The notes under the pieces are model-generated. The model was not told the DNA's origin, did no database searches, and saw only the letters and a list, made by a program, of their open reading frames with translations. DNA of 64,000 bases from an uncultured Planctomycetota bacterium. Its GTDB lineage: Bacteria > Planctomycetota > Planctomycetia > Isosphaerales > Isosphaeraceae. This document shows positions 33,412-45,185 of this stretch, one piece after another. The stretch's first letter is position 1; every line of letters begins with the position of its first letter. The position numbers were made by a program, and so were the translations under genes. The DNA is taken from contig CAWJTV010000005.1 in NCBI GenBank assembly GCA_963845755.1, forward strand, positions 640,001 to 704,000, in the 5' to 3' direction.

Positions 33412-36081
33412 GTGGCAAGCAAGACCAAATCTACGACTCCACGGGATGAAGGCACGGAACCCAAGGCATCGTCGCGGAAGCGTCCGGCGACCCGGAAGGC
33501 GTCTCCGAAGAAGGCTGCGGCGCCTCGCTCGGCTGGAAAGAGCGTGGAGCCTTCGGAAAATGGAACCGGACCGGACCTGGTGATCGTCGAGAGTCCGAAG
33601 AAGGCCAAATCGATCCACAAATTCCTGGGCTCGGGCTATGTCGTGAAGGCGAGCATGGGGCATGTGCGCGACCTCCCTCAGCGCAAGCTCGGCCTGGACG
33701 TCAGCCACGGCTATGCGCCCGACTACGAGGTCGTGCCGGCCAAGAAGGAGACGATCGGCGACCTCAAGAAGGCCGCAGCCCGGGCCGAGATCGTCTTTCT
33801 CGCGACCGACCCCGACCGCGAAGGCGAGGCGATCGCCTGGCACCTCCAGCAGGCCTTGGATATCCCCGATGAACGGGTGCGACGGGTCACGTTCCATGAG
33901 ATCACCGAGCGGGCCGTCAAGGAGGCGTTCGGCCACACGGCTCCGATCAATATGGACATGGTCAACGCCCAGCAGGCCCGAAGGTTCCTGGACCGATTCG
34001 TGGGCTATCAGCTCAGCCCCCTGCTCTGGAAGAAGATCGCGCGAAACCTCAGTGCAGGGCGCGTCCAGTCGGTCGCCGTCCGGTTGATCGTGGATCGCGA
34101 GCGGGATATCCGTGCGTTCGTCACGGAGGAATACTGGAAGATCACCGCGACGGTCGGCCCGGCCGGATCGACGGCCGAGGCCGATCGATTTCGGGCGCTG
34201 CTGGCCGAGTATGCCGGGGCGAAGTTCGAGGCCAGGACCGAGGCCGAGGCCCATGCGATTCGCGATGCACTCCAATCGGTGCCTTACGTCGTGCACAAGG
34301 TCGATGAGGCCGAGAAGCTGGACAAGGCCGACCCTCCATTCAAGACCAGCACGCTCCAGCAGCAAGCGGCGATCCGTTTGAGGTTTTCGGGCAAGCGGAC
34401 CATGAAGATCGCCCAGGAGCTCTACGAAGGGATCGACGTGGACGGTAGCGGTCCCGTCGGATTGATCACCTACATGCGGACCGACAGTCTTCGCATCTCC
34501 GACGAGGCGATGACCGCACTACGGGAACGGATCAAGTCCGAGTACGGCGACCGCTACCTGCCCGCCAAGCCGATCCGCTATGCGGCGGGCAAGATGGCCC
34601 AGGAAGCTCACGAGGCGATTCGCCCCACCGATCTCAACTTCTCGCCGGATCGGATCAAGGGCCACCTTTCCCACGACCAGTTCCGGCTCTACCAGCTCAT
34701 CTACGCCCGATTCCTCGCCAGCCAGATGTCGCCTGCCATCTTCACGGTGACCGACGTGGCGATCGCCGCGGGCCAGGGAGTATTCAAGGCCCAGGGCAAG
34801 GTCCTCAAGTTCGACGGCCATCGTCGCGTCTGGCCGCCGGGCGGCAAAATGGAGGACGAGCTCCTGCCGGCCATGGTCGTCGGCCAGAACCTCGACCTGC
34901 ATGCCCTCGATGCTACCCAGCACTTCACCCAGCCGGCTCCCCGCTACAGCGAGGCCACCCTCATCAAGGCCCTGGAAAAGGAGGCCATCGGCCGTCCCAG
35001 CACCTATGCGCCGATCATCCAGACGATTCAGGACCGCGCTTATGTCGAGCAGAAGGAACGACGGTTCTACGCCACCGACCTGGGAATGGTCGTCACCGAT
35101 TTCCTGGTCGAGCGCTTCCCCAAGATTCTGGACCTGAAATTCACGGCGCACATGGAAGACGAACTCGACTCGATCGCCTCGGCCAAGGAGGACATGGTCA
35201 AGGTTCTCGACGAGTTCTATTACCCGTTCCAGGATGCCCTGAAGACGGCCGAAACGCAGGCGGAGCGGGTCCAGATCCCGACCGACGAGATCTGCCACGT
35301 CTGCGGGGCGCCGATGGTGATGAAGTTCGGCCGGACCGGCCCGTTCCTGGGCTGCTCGAAGTACACCGGGACCGACGAGGGATGCAATGCGACCCGGCCG
35401 ATGGGCGGTACCGCCCGCGCCGAGGCCGTCGAGAGCCAGCACGCCTGCCCCAAGTGCGGCAAGCCGCTGATGATCCGCGAAAACAAGAAGCGCGGCGAGA
35501 AGTTCCTCTCCTGCTCCGGCTACCCCGACTGCAAGGAGTCGTTCAACATCGACAAGGATGGCAACCCGGTCCCCTCGGTGGTCGAGACGGAATACACCTG
35601 CGAGAAGTGTGGCAAGCCGATGGCGTTGCGGCAGAGTGCGCGCGGGTCGTTCCTGGGCTGCACCGGATATCCCAAGTGTCGCAATGCCATGCCGGTCGAC
35701 GACCAGGGGCGTCCGATCCCGCCGGTCAAGGTCGAGATCGCCTGCGAGAAGTGCGGCAAGCCGATGGCCGTGCGCAGCGGTCGGCGCGGGTCGTTCCTGG
35801 GCTGCACGGGGTATCCCAAATGCCGGGGGACTGCGCCGGTTCCGGACGAATTGAAGGAGCAGCTCGCCGAGCAACAGGCCGCAGCCGCACCCGCCGAATC
35901 GGGCGTCGATCTGAAGACGATCGTCGTCGAGGAGACCTGCGAGGACTGCGGCAGCGCGATGGTGGTCCGACGCGGCAAACGCGGGTTCTTCCTGGGCTGC
36001 TCCAAGTATCCCAAGTGCAAGGGGACGCGCCAGCCCAGCGACCCCACGCTCGAGAAGATCAACGCGGTCGTCGGCGTCTGA
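33412..36081 (+). CDS. topA: DNA topoisomerase I
   Basis: LVIVESPKKAK, ASMGHVRDL, LATDPDREGEAIAWH, SAGRVQS, ITYMRTDS, AQEAHEAIRPT, IGRPSTYA, five C4 zinc-ribbon repeats. Confidence 0.98.
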   Translation: MASKTKSTTPRDEGTEPKASSRKRPATRKASPKKAAAPRSAGKSVEPSENGTGPDLVIVESPKKAKSIHKFLGSGYVVKASMGHVRDLPQRKLGLDVSHGYAPDYEVVPAKKETIGDLKKAAARAEIVFLATDPDREGEAIAWHLQQALDIPDERVRRVTFHEITERAVKEAFGHTAPINMDMVNAQQARRFLDRFVGYQLSPLLWKKIARNLSAGRVQSVAVRLIVDRERDIRAFVTEEYWKITATVGPAGSTAEADRFRALLAEYAGAKFEARTEAEAHAIRDALQSVPYVVHKVDEAEKLDKADPPFKTSTLQQQAAIRLRFSGKRTMKIAQELYEGIDVDGSGPVGLITYMRTDSLRISDEAMTALRERIKSEYGDRYLPAKPIRYAAGKMAQEAHEAIRPTDLNFSPDRIKGHLSHDQFRLYQLIYARFLASQMSPAIFTVTDVAIAAGQGVFKAQGKVLKFDGHRRVWPPGGKMEDELLPAMVVGQNLDLHALDATQHFTQPAPRYSEATLIKALEKEAIGRPSTYAPIIQTIQDRAYVEQKERRFYATDLGMVVTDFLVERFPKILDLKFTAHMEDELDSIASAKEDMVKVLDEFYYPFQDALKTAETQAERVQIPTDEICHVCGAPMVMKFGRTGPFLGCSKYTGTDEGCNATRPMGGTARAEAVESQHACPKCGKPLMIRENKKRGEKFLSCSGYPDCKESFNIDKDGNPVPSVVETEYTCEKCGKPMALRQSARGSFLGCTGYPKCRNAMPVDDQGRPIPPVKVEIACEKCGKPMAVRSGRRGSFLGCTGYPKCRGTAPVPDELKEQLAEQQAAAAPAESGVDLKTIVVEETCEDCGSAMVVRRGKRGFFLGCSKYPKCKGTRQPSDPTLEKINAVVGV

Positions 36082-36124
36082 ATCGTTTACCTGTTCGCAG
36101 ATACGGTCTGAGCACGTGTACGCA

Positions 36125-36550
36125 TCATGCGGGCTCGCTTGCAACGGAAGACACCGGTGTCGGTGAGGGTCGGCCCAGCGCGATCGCGTAAGCGGTGGCA
36201 TACGTCCGGCAGTGCGAGATCGAGATCAGGATCTCGCCGATCCCGCGCTCGCGAGCGATCTCGCGAGCTGCCCCGCAGACCAGCACGCGCGGCCGGCCGT
36301 TCTGGCAATTGCGAACTTCGACATGAGTCCAGGCGATGCCTTGACTCCGGCCGGTACCCATCGCCTTGAGGATCGCCTCTTTGGCCGCCCATCGACCGGC
36401 GAAATGCTCGATGGCATGTTTCCTCGCCTGGCAATACCGGATCTCGCGATCGGTGTAGACTCGGCGAAGGAACAACTCTCCGTGTTGCTCGATCATCTTG
36501 CCGATGCGCGGGCACTCGATGATGTCGGTGCCGATTCCGAAGATCTCCAT
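36125..36550 (-). CDS. acpS: Holo-[acyl-carrier-protein] synthase
   Basis: IFGIGTDII, FAGRWAAKEAILKAMGTG, NGRP, ISISH. Confidence 0.95.
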   Translation of the reverse strand: MEIFGIGTDIIECPRIGKMIEQHGELFLRRVYTDREIRYCQARKHAIEHFAGRWAAKEAILKAMGTGRSQGIAWTHVEVRNCQNGRPRVLVCGAAREIARERGIGEILISISHCRTYATAYAIALGRPSPTPVSSVASEPA

Positions 36551-36707
36551 CGCCAGTCCTTCTCTACAATCCTCGGGATCGAGACGACTAGCCCGATTGC
36601 CCGGCGTCGCGGCGACGCGATCGATCCGGATTCCAGTCTAATCTGCCGACGCTCCAGGCACGAGCCCCATTCCTCACTCGTGCGGATCCCGCACTCGGGG
36701 CGTCGCA

Positions 36708-37790
36708 TCAATCGAGCGAATCTTCCTCGCCGATCGCGATCACTCGTTGGATTTCGTCCGTCTTGAAGCCCAGGGCCATGGGCCGCGAAACCTGGGGAAG
36801 CGCGGCCACGTCGTAGAGCTCGCGAACCATTCCCTCCACGCGCAGCCAGTGTGCCACGTCGCCGCTGCGCAAGTCGATGACCAGCAGGCCGCACCGGTCT
36901 TCCGCGTCGCGCTTGGCGAGCTCCTCTTGCAAGACCAGGCCGCCGAACGTCTTGTCGTGGCGGGGGCGAGACAGTCCCACCACGGCGAAGTTTCCGACGA
37001 ACGCGAGGCCGCGCAAGTAGCCCGGGCAGAAGGTCAGCGGCTCGAATTCCCCGCCGGCAGGATCGATACTGCCGAACTGGCCGGTCCCGGAGTTGTGCAG
37101 CCAGAGCCGGCCTCGATACAGTCGTGGCGAGTGGGGCATGGATAGCCCGGAGGCAATCACGCGGCCTCCGGGGATCTCCAGCACGACCCCGCCCCCCTGG
37201 CGCCGGTCGCGCCAGCCGTCGACCACATCGCTGGTGCTGACCGCGGTCGCAAAGCGCGGGCGACCCTCCGCCAGCGCCAGGCCGTTGAGGTGACAGCGAT
37301 CCTCAGCGGCCAGCCTGCTGAGGAACGACGGCCGCCAGAGCGGCTTGAAGCTCCATCGCTCCGAAAGCGTGGCGATGCATCCAAATGCCGTGGCGACGAA
37401 CAACGGCCGACCGTCGGCGTCGATGGCGATGTCGTGGATGTCGAGGTCGCCGGTCGTGCTGGCCGTCTTGGGAACATAGAGACGATCGTAGCCCTGGTAG
37501 CCCTCGCCAGGCCGAAGCAGGTTCTCGAAGCGCCAGAGCTGGTAGAGGGTACTGAGCCAGAGTGTCTGGCCGTCGGCCCAGAGGCCCATGGCACGGTTGA
37601 ATGAACGCTCGAAGACCGCAAGCCGGCCATCCGGGTGACGGCCAAGCAGGAAGAGTTTCCCCGTCTGGTAGGTGGTGAACGCCAGGCTGACCTGGTGCTC
37701 GGCCAGCCAGGACGACAGGTGAGGCGAGCCGGTCACCTCCACCCACGGCTCGCTCGAGACGTTGCTTGCAGAAGATGTCGCGCCGTTCAT
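36708..37790 (-). CDS. TIGR03032 / DUF4915 family protein
   Basis: SLAFTTYQTGKLF, FNRAMGL, TGDLDIHD, LWRPSFLS..EDRCHLNGLA, GLSMPHSPR, FCPGYLRGL, VGLSRPR, ELYDV. Confidence 0.9.
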   Translation of the reverse strand: MNGATSSASNVSSEPWVEVTGSPHLSSWLAEHQVSLAFTTYQTGKLFLLGRHPDGRLAVFERSFNRAMGLWADGQTLWLSTLYQLWRFENLLRPGEGYQGYDRLYVPKTASTTGDLDIHDIAIDADGRPLFVATAFGCIATLSERWSFKPLWRPSFLSRLAAEDRCHLNGLALAEGRPRFATAVSTSDVVDGWRDRRQGGGVVLEIPGGRVIASGLSMPHSPRLYRGRLWLHNSGTGQFGSIDPAGGEFEPLTFCPGYLRGLAFVGNFAVVGLSRPRHDKTFGGLVLQEELAKRDAEDRCGLLVIDLRSGDVAHWLRVEGMVRELYDVAALPQVSRPMALGFKTDEIQRVIAIGEEDSLD

Positions 37791-37823
37791 CAATCGGGCT
37801 CTCGCGTGGACCAACCGGGCTGA

Positions 37824-40800
37824 CTATGAACGAACGCGCCATCGTTTGGCGGGGTACCGGTCATCAGGCTCACTGGGGTTCTTCGGCACGTTTCGCGCCA
37901 TCCTCGTCGTCAGCACGATGCCGGCGAGCACACCTCCGGACAAGATCCTGAATCGTGCGTCGAATCGACCCGGGAGTTCAGGACCGCGAGCCCTCGGTTC
38001 CTCGCGTCCGGAATTCCCCCGAGATGCCGGTAACGCCCGATGGTCCGGAAGCGACGCGGGCCGCTCGGTCCGAGGACGGCCGAAATCCATCGGCTTGTTG
38101 GATTCCAGGCCGCGACCCGGCGGCAGCACCGGCAAGTGCGGAAAGAAGAGATCATCATTCCAGGGATCCCCAGAGGGTCGCTGGCTCCCCGTTGAACGGG
38201 TCGTCCGCCATGCCGGGATAATCCTTCAATGCTTCGTCGAGGCCGATCACGAACCGCACCAACGGCGAGCTGGCGCCAATCGGGTGCCTGGCCGACAACC
38301 ACGGCATGCGTTCCGGTTCGTCTCCGGCCGCGCCGTCATTCTCGGACCCGAAGTCGAGGATGGGGACATTCATATACGTGTTGCCCTCGACCGCAACCAG
38401 GACGGCGCCCCCGTTGCCCCTCAGCGACCCTCCGCTTAGCGAGGAGAACGTGCCCAGAGATAAGCCGACCGTCGGCGCGGCGGACACGGACACCGAGCTC
38501 GAGCTGGTCGAGGCCGCCGTACTCGCCGTGCTCACCGCCGTCTGAGAGGAGCTCGCGTTCACGACGCTCGCCGTCAGGACGAACGCCGAGCTCGTTGCGC
38601 TCGAGGATTCCTGGAACGAGTTGAGGGCCGACGACGGCGAGACCGACCCGGGTGATGAGATCGTGCCTGCGGCGCCACCTGCCGCGAACACGAAAATGGT
38701 GTCGGAACCCTCGCTGCTAACCAGAACATCAAAATTCCCACTGGATCGGCTCACGACCTGAATCGCGCTCGGCGAAGTGGGAATGCCTCCTTGAGCCTGG
38801 AGCTCCGACTCCACGTCAAGGCCGTTGCCCTGCGCGTCCAGGAGGCTGACGGCGCCATCGGCGAACGCCACGACGAGCTGGCCGTTTGCGAGGGCCTGCG
38901 CAGCCACGACGGGCCGTGCGGAGTATACGCCCGTGGCGCCGGAGGCGGGATCGTTCAAGTTGAACCGCACGAGATCGCCGCCGGCGGTCACGACATAGCC
39001 CACGCCGGTGTCGCCGATGAACGTGGGCGGTTGGGTCACTGCGCCGCCCAGGTTGAAGAGCGTCTGCGGGTTCTGGTCATCAAAGAAGCCACGACCGACA
39101 CCGGGCAGCCGGGTCACCGTCCCGCTGCCGCCATTGAAGACGATGAGATCGGGAATCTGGTCGCCATTCCCATCGCTCACGGTCACGTCAATCGGCCCAT
39201 CACCGCCAGACTTCAGTCGCGGTCCGGGGATCCCCACCCATTCGCCGTCGGCCGTATACGAGCCGAATAACACGGAGACGTCATTGCTGCCCTGATCGGC
39301 GATCAGCATGTCCGGAATGTCATCGCCGTTGATGTCGGCCACGGTGACACTCGCCGGTGCGGTACCGACGAAGTACGTCTGCGGTGCCGAAGTGAAGGAA
39401 GGCACTCCGTTGGAGATCGAGGTCGTGTGATACACCAGAACGGCGTTACTCCCCGTGCTCACCACGATGGCATCGGGCAAGGTCAACCCTCGGTCCAGGA
39501 CCGCCCACTGGACGTCTCCCGGCGCCAACTGCTCCGACGAGGCCGCCGTACCCAGTGTCTGCACTGGAGTATAACGGTTCCCGCCGGCCGAAGGTGCCTG
39601 GACGGTGACACGGTTGTTCTGCTGGTCGCCGACCAGCACACCCGCCTCACCGGGACCGAGCAAGTTGGGGATCACCGACAGCGACACGCGGCTCCCCTGG
39701 ATCTGGAAGGTGCCGTCGCCTTTGCCTTCCAGGATCAGGACGTCACCGTAGCCATTTCCCACCAGCAAGTTCAAGAGGCCGTGACCGTCGCCTGACACCA
39801 CAGAGAGCCCCGTGGCCTCGGTTCCTACGGCAATGCTGGACGTGTGCTGGAAAGTGCCGTTCCCGTTTCCGGAGTAGATCCAGACCTGACCCGTGTCTTC
39901 CATCAGAACGGCCAGGTCCGTGTGCCCGTCCCGGTTGAAGTCGCCCGCCACGATCGCGACGGGGCGATCATTGATAATCAGGTCGCCGCTGATCGATTGG
40001 GTGAGACCGAGCTGGGGGCTAGCGTAGCCGCCGGCGCCGTCAGCAGCCAGGATCGTGAAGCTGTGGGTCCCCTGGTTGAGGACAGCGAGATCGTTCCGGC
40101 CGTCCCCGGTGAAGTCGCCCGCGACCAGGCTGACCGGCTCCGCGAATGAGCTGACCGTGGGACTCGCCAGGGTTATGTCCAGGCCGTAAAGGCCCGTGCT
40201 GGCGGGAAAGACCAGGGATTGGAGGAAGGTGTGCTGAGGATTGTTGAGCAGGACGGTCAATTCACCCGAAGACTGGTCGGTCACGATGATGTCGGGCCGT
40301 CCATCACCATTGACGTCGGCCACGGTAAGATCCGACGGCGCGCTGCCTGCGGACACTGTGATCGGGGTACTGAACTGTCCGGAGACGCTCTGCATGGTGA
40401 TGGTGACGCTGTTGTCCAGGGCGTTCGCGGTGATCAGGTCGTCGAGCCCGTTGCCTGTCAGGTCGGTGGCGGTGAGGCTGGTGGGGAGGGCCGTCGTGGA
40501 GAACGCGGTCCGGCGAGAGATCGAGCCGTTCGCGCTGACCGTGTAGATCGAGACGGTGAAGACGAATTGATCAGTTGACAAACTGGGGTCGTAGTGGGCG
40601 TCAGCGGCCGCGATTGCGAATTGAGCCCCGATCTGCAGGACCGTGATGGCGCGTGCGGGGCGGCCGGGGTTTAGGATCACGGGCGGGGCAAACGCGTTCG
40701 AGGAGCCGGGAACTCCTGCCCGATAGAGGATGTTGCCCGACTGATCCAGGACGACGCTGTCGAGGAGGCCGTTTCCGGTCAGGTCAGCCAGGAGGGGCGT

Positions 40801-43800
40801 GTCGCTGACACCGACGCCACTGCCGGCCGGCGCCGGCTCGAAGGCGCCCTTGCCGTTGCCCAGAAGTACCCCGAAGGCGCTGTCGTGGTTGTTGATCGTG
40901 ACCAGGTCGGGCCGGCCGTCGCCGTTCACGTCCGCCACGACGGTCTCCACCGGCGCGGTGTCGGTGGCGAACGTCTGCGGCGGCAAGAAGGACCCGTCGC
41001 CGTTGTTCAACAGGACGCTCACCGTGTTCCCGCCGTAGTCGGTAGTGACGATGTCGGCCCGGCCGTCGCCGGTCAACTCGGCCACGGCGACCGAGTAGGG
41101 CCTCGAACCGACCGCGAAGGTTTGGCGGGACTGGAACGTGCCGTTGCCGTTGCCGAGGAACACGCTCACCGTGTCGTCGAACCGGTTGGCGGTGATGATG
41201 TCCGGGACGCCGTCACCGTTGAGGTCGCCCACTGCCAACGACATCGGGCGGCGACCGACCGGCAATGTGAACTGGGACGCAAACGCGACAAAGGTCTGGT
41301 CTCCCCCCAGATTCATCAGCACGCTCACCGTGTCGCTCGCCGAGTTAGCGACGATGACGTCGGGCCGGCCGTCGCCGTTGAGGTCGGCCACCGCCACCGA
41401 GTAGGGTTTCTCTCCGACGGGGAAGACTTCCTGCGGCTCAAAGGTGCCGTCCCCCTTGCCCAGGAGCACGCTCACGGTGTCGCTGTTGTAGTTGGCGACG
41501 ACCAGGTCGGGGACGCCGTCGCCGGTCAGGTCCGCTACCACAACATCGCGCGGGCTGGAGCCCACGGCAATCGTCTGGTTCACGCTGAAGGTGCCGTCGC
41601 CGTTGCCCAGGAGCACGCTGATCGAATCGCCGTTCGAGTTGGTGGTGACGAGGTCAGGTCGGCCGTCGCCGTTGAGGTCGCCCACGGCGACGGAGGTGGG
41701 CCCAGGGCCGACCGAGACGATCTGAGCCGGCTGGAAAGTGCCGTCCCCATTGCCGAGGTGCACGGTCACCGTGTCCTGAAGCTCGTTCGTGGTGAGGACG
41801 TCGAGCTTGCCGTCGCCGGTCAGGTCGGCCACGGCCACCGAATACGTGTCCTTGCCCGCGCCGAAGGGGATAGGAGACTGGAACGTGCCGTCGCCGTTGC
41901 CCATCAAGACCGTCACGGTGTCGGCGTTTCGGTTGCCAACGACCAGGTCGAGCTTGTCGTTGCCGGTCAGGTCGGCCACGGCCACCGAGGCCGGACCAGT
42001 CCCCGCGAGGAAGGTCTGCTGGGGCCGGAACGTGCCATTGCCGTTGCCCAGAAGCACACTGACGCTGTCGCTGCCGTAGTTGGCCGTGACGATGTCGGGA
42101 ATGCCGTCGCCATTGAGGTCCGCGACTTGCACCTCGTTGGGCGCCTTTCCTGCCTGATAAATCTGCGGAGGCGCGAACTCGCCGTCCCCCTCGTTCATGA
42201 GGACGCTGACGTCGTTGTCGCGATAGTTGGACGTGATGATGTCGGGCTTCCCATCGCCGTTCACGTCGGCCACCGCGAGCCCGTATGGCCGAGAGCCGAC
42301 GGGGAATTCCCGCGTCGCTTGGAACGTACCGTCGCCGTTACCCATCAGCACGTCGACCACGGTCGCGCTGAAGTGGCTGACGACCAGGTCGGGGATGCCA
42401 TTGCCGGTCAAGTCCGAGACGACGACTTCGTAAGGACCGGAGGCGACGGGGTAGGTGACCATGGGCTGGAACGTGCCGTGGCCGTTGCCCATCAGCACTC
42501 CCACCGTGTTGTCGTTCTTGTTGGTGACGACGATGTCCGCCTTGCCATCGCCGGCGAGATCGGCCACCTTGACGTCGTACGGATCGCTGCCTGCCGGGAG
42601 GTTAAAGTAAGGCTGGAAGGTGCCGTCTCCCTTGCCCAGGAGCACGCTCACGTCGGCACCGTCGTAGTTCGCCGTGACGATGTCGGGGATGCCGTCGCCG
42701 TTGACATCGGCGACCGCCACCGAAAACGGGCTCCGATCCGTGGCGTAGGTCTGCTTCGTCTGGAACGATCCGTCGCGGTTGCCCAGGAGCACACTCACGC
42801 TGTTGTCGGGTCGATTGGCGGTGATGATATCCGGGATGCCGTCGCCGTTGACGTCGGCGACGACGACCTGAAATGGTGCCAAGGGGGGAGCGGGAACGGA
42901 CTGCTGAGTTCCGAAGGAGAACGTGCCGTCGCCGTTGCCGAGCAAGACGCTCGCAGTGTCATCACCCAGGTTGGCCGTGACGATGTCAACCTGACCGTTG
43001 CCGGTCAGGTCGCCCACTGCTACCCATCGCGGCGTCTTTCCCGTGGGGAAGGTCTCCTGGGGTTCGAACGTACCGTCGCCGTTGCCCAGGAGCACACTGA
43101 CCGTGTTGTCGCCGCGATTGGACGTGACGATGTCCGGGACGCCGTCGCCGTTGAAATCCGCAACCGCCAGCGAGTAGGGATTCAAGCCGACCTTGTAGGT
43201 CTTCTCGGGTTGGAGGGTGCCGTCGCCGTTGCCCAGGAGCACGCTCACATCGTCGCCGACGGCGTTGACGACGACGAGGTCGGGCTTGCCGTCGCCGTTT
43301 ACGTCCGCCACGGAGACCGCGTGGGCGCCCACCCCGGTGGGGTACGTCTCTTCCGGGCCGAAGCTGCCGTCGCCATTGCCCAGGCGTACCGCCACGTTCG
43401 CGCTCACGTAGTCTGCATAGATCAGATCTGGGACGCCGTCGCCGTTGAGGTCCGCAACCGCCACCCCACTCGGGCCGGCGAAGCCCGGCCCTTGGTTGGT
43501 GGGGTAGATGATTGGAGGCCGGAATGTGCCATTGCCGTTGCCCAGCATCACGGAGATCGTGTCGGCGGCGTAGTTCGAGAAGATCAGGTCGGGTTTACCG
43601 TCCCCATTGACGTCCACCGCGGCCACATCGCTGGGGCGGGATCCGGCAGGGATGACGATCTGAGGCTGGAACGATCCGTCTCCATTACCTAGCAGCACGC
43701 TGATCGAGTTCGCACCCTTGTTGACGGTCAGGATGTCAAGCCTGCCGTCGTTGTTCACGTCCGCCAGCGTGACGTGCCAGACCCGCGCACCAATGGTGTA

Positions 43801-45181
43801 GTTCTTGGGAGGCTGAAAGGTGCCGTCGCCGTTGCCGAGGAACACGCTGACCGTGTCGTCGATGCGGTTGGCCGTGACAATGTCGGGGATGCCGTCGCCG
43901 TTCAGGTCTCCTACAGCAACCGCGGCCGTGCCGGCTCCGGAGGCGAGTGGAGCGTCGGGCACGCTCGTCTGAGTGAACGCCGTGGTCAGCCGGAAGGCTC
44001 CGGCGCCCTGAACCTGGGCGACCGACAGCACGTACGTCCCCGGTTGCAGGAACTGGACGATCGGATTGTCATCGGACTGCACCAACACCTGGCCGGACGC
44101 GCCGGAAAGCGTCAGTCGGGGCAGGAGCGTGCCCCGAGTGGTGGCGATCTCCACCTTCAGCTCGCCATCGCCCATCGAGCTGCTGACCGTGAACGACCAG
44201 GCGTCCACCTGGCCGACACCCAGCGTGCTCAGAGTTTCGGTGTCAAGCCCGGGATCGACCTGCGACAGATCGGTCGCTCCGACCGAAACGTGGGTGACGA
44301 CCGTGAGCGGTTCCCAGTCCGAACCGCGATGGACGCCGGACTTGTCGTACAGGCCGGCCTCGGGCACGGCGGGATCCGCGACGATGCGCAGGCCGATGTA
44401 GGCCGGCCCCGACGGCTGTCCCGACGGCACGGTCACGCTGAAGCCGGGCGGGGAAGAGAAGGCCAGGCCAGTCGCTCCTGCGATTAGCTCCGACCTGGTG
44501 AAGGTCGCCAGGACGTGCGAGGAGCTGTCGAAGAGGTTGCTATCGGCCAGGAGTATCTGGACCTGGAAATCGCCGGGGTCGGCTCCGCCATGGTTCTGGA
44601 CGGTGAAGCTGACCGGGATCGAGTCGCCGGCCGCGGCCATGTCCAGGCCGGTCCGGAAGGAGCTGCCGGTCAAATCCGGCATCAGCGGCGTCAACGTCGA
44701 GAGCGAGACATCGAGGGTATACAACCCCGTCGTGCCGCCGGGGACGCCGCTCTCCGCGACCGTCGGATTGTAATTGTTGTTCGGTGCGCTGCTGACGCCG
44801 ATGTAGTAGGTCCCGGCGGTCGCCGCCTGAAAGGTCAGATGGGGGTCCCCCCCCTGCTGATCATCGAGCGCCAACGGCGTGCCGTTCGCGTTGAAGACGC
44901 GCAAGAGGCTCTCCAGGCCGGAGCCGGAAGATTGAGCATTAATGTTGGCCTTGAGCGTCTCGCCGGTTTGCAGCGCGACCGAGTAGAGATCGAACTCGTC
45001 GGGGATCGAGAGGAAATGTGATACCTCCGCATCATTCAAGATGCCGAAGTGGAGCGGAACCGCCGAGGCCAGCGGGGTGAGCGCGCACAGCGCCGCGCCT
45101 CGGCAGTCGCTCCACGAGCATCGACCGGAACGGCCGCCGGAACGGCACGACGAGTTTCCTGGACTGCCCGCGCTTTGCCAT
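37824..45181 (-). CDS. Giant FG-GAP/VCBS repeat surface protein (PPC-like, CARDB-like, PPC-like, FG-GAP propellers, Ser-rich linker, putative C-terminal anchor); core ORF 38155-45039 with frameshifts ~45100 and ~38170
   Basis: 2294-aa ORF with about 29 DxxGDGxxD repeats; upstream ATG 45181 gives a basic MAKRGQSRK..RRPFRSMLVER leader; downstream frame continues DPWNDDLFF..ILSGGVLAGIVLTTRMAR..KRWRVRS*. Confidence 0.85.
40840..43925 (-). repeat. Intragenic array of 21 regular ~49-aa FG-GAP repeats
   Basis: Recurring V(A/G)D(L/V)(N/T)G(D/N)GxPDIVTAN..VSVLLGNGDGTF units; the DNA recurs as GTGCCGTCGCCGTTGCCCAGGAGCAC on the + strand. Confidence 0.9.
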
Positions 45182-45185
45182 GAGT

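Noticed and set aside
34519..36201. 560-aa minus-strand ORF
   Set aside because: Antisense to topA; expected in high-GC DNA, no recognisable motifs
40885..43692. 935-aa plus-strand ORF
   Set aside because: Antisense shadow of the FG-GAP repeat gene; its repetitive AVAV/EHAH pattern mirrors the GNGDG/VSVL codons
40840..43925. Regularly spaced DNA repeats that could look like a CRISPR array
   Set aside because: Repeats are degenerate at third codon positions, about 147 nt apart, in frame within a protein, and no cas genes are present
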